In this document: piece after piece, positions 61,401-64,000 of the stretch
Layout of the letters: the number at the start of each line of letters is the position of its first letter
Position numbering within the stretch: the stretch's first letter is position 1
Origin: Marinicella sp.
Lineage (GTDB): Bacteria; Pseudomonadota; Gammaproteobacteria; Xanthomonadales; Marinicellaceae
Length of the DNA stretch: 64,000 nucleotides
Direction: 5' to 3'
Assembly (NCBI GenBank): GCA_965230295.1
Contig: OZ246001.1
Span: 3,776,001 to 3,840,000 of the forward strand
Notes under the pieces: model-generated
Told to the model about the DNA's origin: nothing
The model's database searches: none
Seen by the model: only the letters and a program-made list of their open reading frames with translations
Program-made: the position numbers and the translations under genes

Positions 61401-61722
61401 TTTGGCTACAAAAGAAATATTACCTGAATCTAACTCATTGGAGTTTTGCGCACATTCCCTCTAAATTCACATATTTTTTGCTAAGTGATTGATTGTGAAT
61501 GTCATGTATTTGTTAATAGAACAATGGTCAAAAAATGTGATCATCATTGTTTTTTGAAGATTACAACGACACCCATTCTGACCAGTTTTAATCCTAACAT
61601 TTATAATGTATCTAATCTAATGTTTACAACTTTAAGTACTGAACCAATAATCATTCAAAGTTATCGGTGGCTATTCAATAATTGACCCAAAAAATTAATT
61701 TAATTCTTAAATACAATAAGGA

Positions 61723-61788
61723 GTGCACTTATTTACTGACAAGAGTGGAAAGGGAAAATATAAAGAGTCTAGCTTTCGATAAGTGCAC
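61723..61788 (-). terminator. Large-loop 3' hairpin (family member)
   Basis: Minus strand gtgcacttatcgaaagct...ttttccctttccactc...ataagtgcac, 18 bp after the 61807 stop. Confidence 0.55.
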
Positions 61789-61806
61789 AAACTGGTTGTT
61801 TAATGA

Positions 61807-63387
61807 TTAATCAAATTCAAACCCGTTAGTAAAAATGGCTGATTCTTTGCCAAAGATCACATAGCTTCTACCAGGTGATGTATCAGCCGGACCTGCATCA
61901 GGAGCCCCAATGATCAAATCATCAAACCCATCATCATTGACATCACCAGCTGAACTGACTGAAAAACCAGAGGAGTCAGCTGTATTTTCACCATTGATAA
62001 CAAAGCCATTTTTACCATTTATTGAGGACAGTTCAAACGGATTGGGTAAACCACTAGCACTGCCAAAAATCACATAGCTTTTTCCTGCATCTGTATTACC
62101 ATTTGGATCGGCAAGATTGGCTCCAATAATCAAATCAAAAATTCCATCACCATTGACATCACCCGCTGAACTGACAGAGTGACCTGACTCATCACCTGTA
62201 TTTTCACCATTGATAACAAAGCCATTTTTACCATTTATTGAGGACAGTTCAAACGGATTGGGTAAACCACTGGCACTGCCAAAAATCACATAGCTTTTAC
62301 CTGCATTTGTCTTACCATTTGGATCGGCAAGTTTAGCTCCAATTATCAAATCATCAATCCCATCGTCATTGACATCACCTGCTGAACTGACAGAAAAGCC
62401 CAAATAATCATCAATATTTTCACCATTGATAACTAGACCAATCGGGCTAGTTAGACTAGACAGAGTTAACGGATTAGGAAAACCACTATTCCTATTCCTG
62501 CCAAAGATCAAATAGCTTTTACCATCGCTTTCTGCTCCAGGTGCCCCTACAATTAAATCATCAACCCCATCATCATTAATATCACCAGCTGAGCTAACTG
62601 AACGGCCTGACCAATCATTTTCATTTTCGCCTTCGATAACAAACCCATTTTCATCTTTGAGATTTGATAGGTTTAGCGATCCCGAAAAACCACTTTTACT
62701 GCCAAAAACCACATAGCTTTTACCTGCAGATGATTCGTTATTCGGGCTTGCAGAAAAGGCCCCAATAATTAAATCAACAACCCCATCACCGTTTACGTCA
62801 CCAGCAGAACTGACTGAATAACCCGAATAATCATCTTCATTTTCGCCATTAATCATAAAACCATCCACGCCATAGGGAAATGAAAGATCAATCGGATTAG
62901 GTAAATCATCCTCACTGCCATACACCACATAACTTTTACCAGCTTTTGACTGTGCGCCATAAGCTCCAATGATCAAGTCATCAATCTCATCGCCATTGAC
63001 ATCACCTGCTGAACTAACTGAAATACCTGAAAAATAGAACCTATTAACACCATTGGCAACAAAACCATTCTCACCATCAAGAGCTGAAAGGCTCAACAGC
63101 TTGGGAAAATCACCCTCACTGCCATACACTACATAGCTTTTACCAGCATTAAATCTACCACCTAAACCAGCGCTAAAAGCCCCAATGATCAAATCATCAA
63201 TTCCATCACCATTGATATCACCAGCTGAACTGACTGAAAAACCAGAGGAATCACCTTCATTTTCGCCGTTCATAACAAAGCCGTTGCTGCCATCAATATC
63301 TTCTAAGTTAAGACTTGAATAATACTCAGCAAATCCATCAGTAGAAATAAGTATCAAAGTAAAAGTTATATAAATAAATGTTTTCAT
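61807..63387 (-). CDS. Secreted FG-GAP 7-repeat protein, SAIFTNGFEFD tail
   Basis: Signal peptide GFA-E, seven repeats; blades 5-6 share a near-identical duplicated segment. Confidence 0.92.
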   Translation of the reverse strand: MKTFIYITFTLILISTDGFAEYYSSLNLEDIDGSNGFVMNGENEGDSSGFSVSSAGDINGDGIDDLIIGAFSAGLGGRFNAGKSYVVYGSEGDFPKLLSLSALDGENGFVANGVNRFYFSGISVSSAGDVNGDEIDDLIIGAYGAQSKAGKSYVVYGSEDDLPNPIDLSFPYGVDGFMINGENEDDYSGYSVSSAGDVNGDGVVDLIIGAFSASPNNESSAGKSYVVFGSKSGFSGSLNLSNLKDENGFVIEGENENDWSGRSVSSAGDINDDGVDDLIVGAPGAESDGKSYLIFGRNRNSGFPNPLTLSSLTSPIGLVINGENIDDYLGFSVSSAGDVNDDGIDDLIIGAKLADPNGKTNAGKSYVIFGSASGLPNPFELSSINGKNGFVINGENTGDESGHSVSSAGDVNGDGIFDLIIGANLADPNGNTDAGKSYVIFGSASGLPNPFELSSINGKNGFVINGENTADSSGFSVSSAGDVNDDGFDDLIIGAPDAGPADTSPGRSYVIFGKESAIFTNGFEFD

Positions 63388-63455
63388 AATATCTCTCTAG
63401 TCTTCAAGGAAATTATATTTCGTCAGTTGACTAGCTTTAAGTCTGTTGAATACAA

Positions 63456-63519
63456 ATTTTATTTTGGATGCTTCAAAAGTGCTGTGGAATATGTTGCAAT
63501 GGGTATTGACTTTGTTGTA
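63456..63519 (-). promoter_or_regulatory. TGCAAC box with -10 element
   Basis: Minus strand TACAAC (63519) and TGCAAC (63498); TAAAAT starting at 63461 (37 bp). Confidence 0.65.
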
Positions 63520-63649
63520 AACGACCTCTTGGTTTAATTCTGCAATAATTTCTGAAGGCCTTTGATTATGTATTGAGGATCAATGACCCAATAAACAATG
63601 AGACCGCAATTGGCATCAATAATGTGGGTGGGTTTAGGTGCGCAGACCA

Positions 63650-64000
63650 CTGGAGGTGATATTTTATTGGTTGATTTGAATGGCTCATCACCTGGTTTAC
63701 TTGTCGCGGGTAACACTGTGATTTATGAAATCATGATTAGCAACGATGGGCCGATGGATGCCACCGATGTGGACGTCAGTGATACAACCTGAATTTAGTC
63801 GCTGTGGCTGGTGACACCTCCTGTGCACCAGCCAGTTTTATATATACCATCGCTTCACTCCCCAGTGTCACCAGTGAAAAATTAACTGTCTTAACCACCA
63901 TTAATGCGGTTGGGGTCTTTGATAATGTATATTCTGTGGGCGCAGATCAACCAGACGGCAATCAGTCAAATAATATCGATGATACAGGTAATGGTGGTGA
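63650..64000 (+). pseudogene. Disrupted DUF11 (Ig-like) domain fragment
   Basis: GNTVIYEIMISNDGPMDATDVDVSDTT* followed in another frame by TIASLPS...VFDNVYSVGADQPDGNQSNN. Confidence 0.55.

Overview
AT-rich accessory (genomic-island-like) region, most plausibly from a marine gammaproteobacterium (Marinicella-like; this is inference only). Bases 1-6.6 kb are a mobile-element junction: the tail of an XRE/ImmA-IrrE gene, two intact tyrosine recombinases each preceded by an inverted-repeat/dif-like site, a decayed copy of the first recombinase's 3' end, a DUF262 + HEPN putative anti-phage pair, and att-arm-like repeats. The remaining ~57 kb is dominated by Sec-signal proteins: 11 full-length FG-GAP (integrin-alpha-like) propeller genes (one frameshifted) plus remnants, two DUF285/BspA-repeat proteins, two LRR proteins, a choice-of-anchor Q beta-helix protein, an HzsA-like CxxCH protein, a CotH-LTD protein and an alpha/beta hydrolase. 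A hybrid two-component (HK-REC-AraC) regulator sits among them. Three signals visible in the sequence link these genes. (1) About 22 ORFs from 7 unrelated families end in a shared short tail, D-x-[IV]-F-x-x-[GST]-F-[DE]; a Cys-extended subtype always co-occurs with a second Cys. (2) About 15 promoters share TGCAAC direct repeats 21 bp apart, with a -10 hexamer 37-38 bp after the second repeat (AraC-type geometry). (3) A covarying large-loop hairpin follows several of the genes. Together they suggest a co-regulated, recombination-diversified repertoire of tagged surface/secreted proteins handled by an uncharacterised C-terminal sorting or docking system. No rRNA, intact tRNA, CRISPR array, integron or reverse transcriptase was seen.
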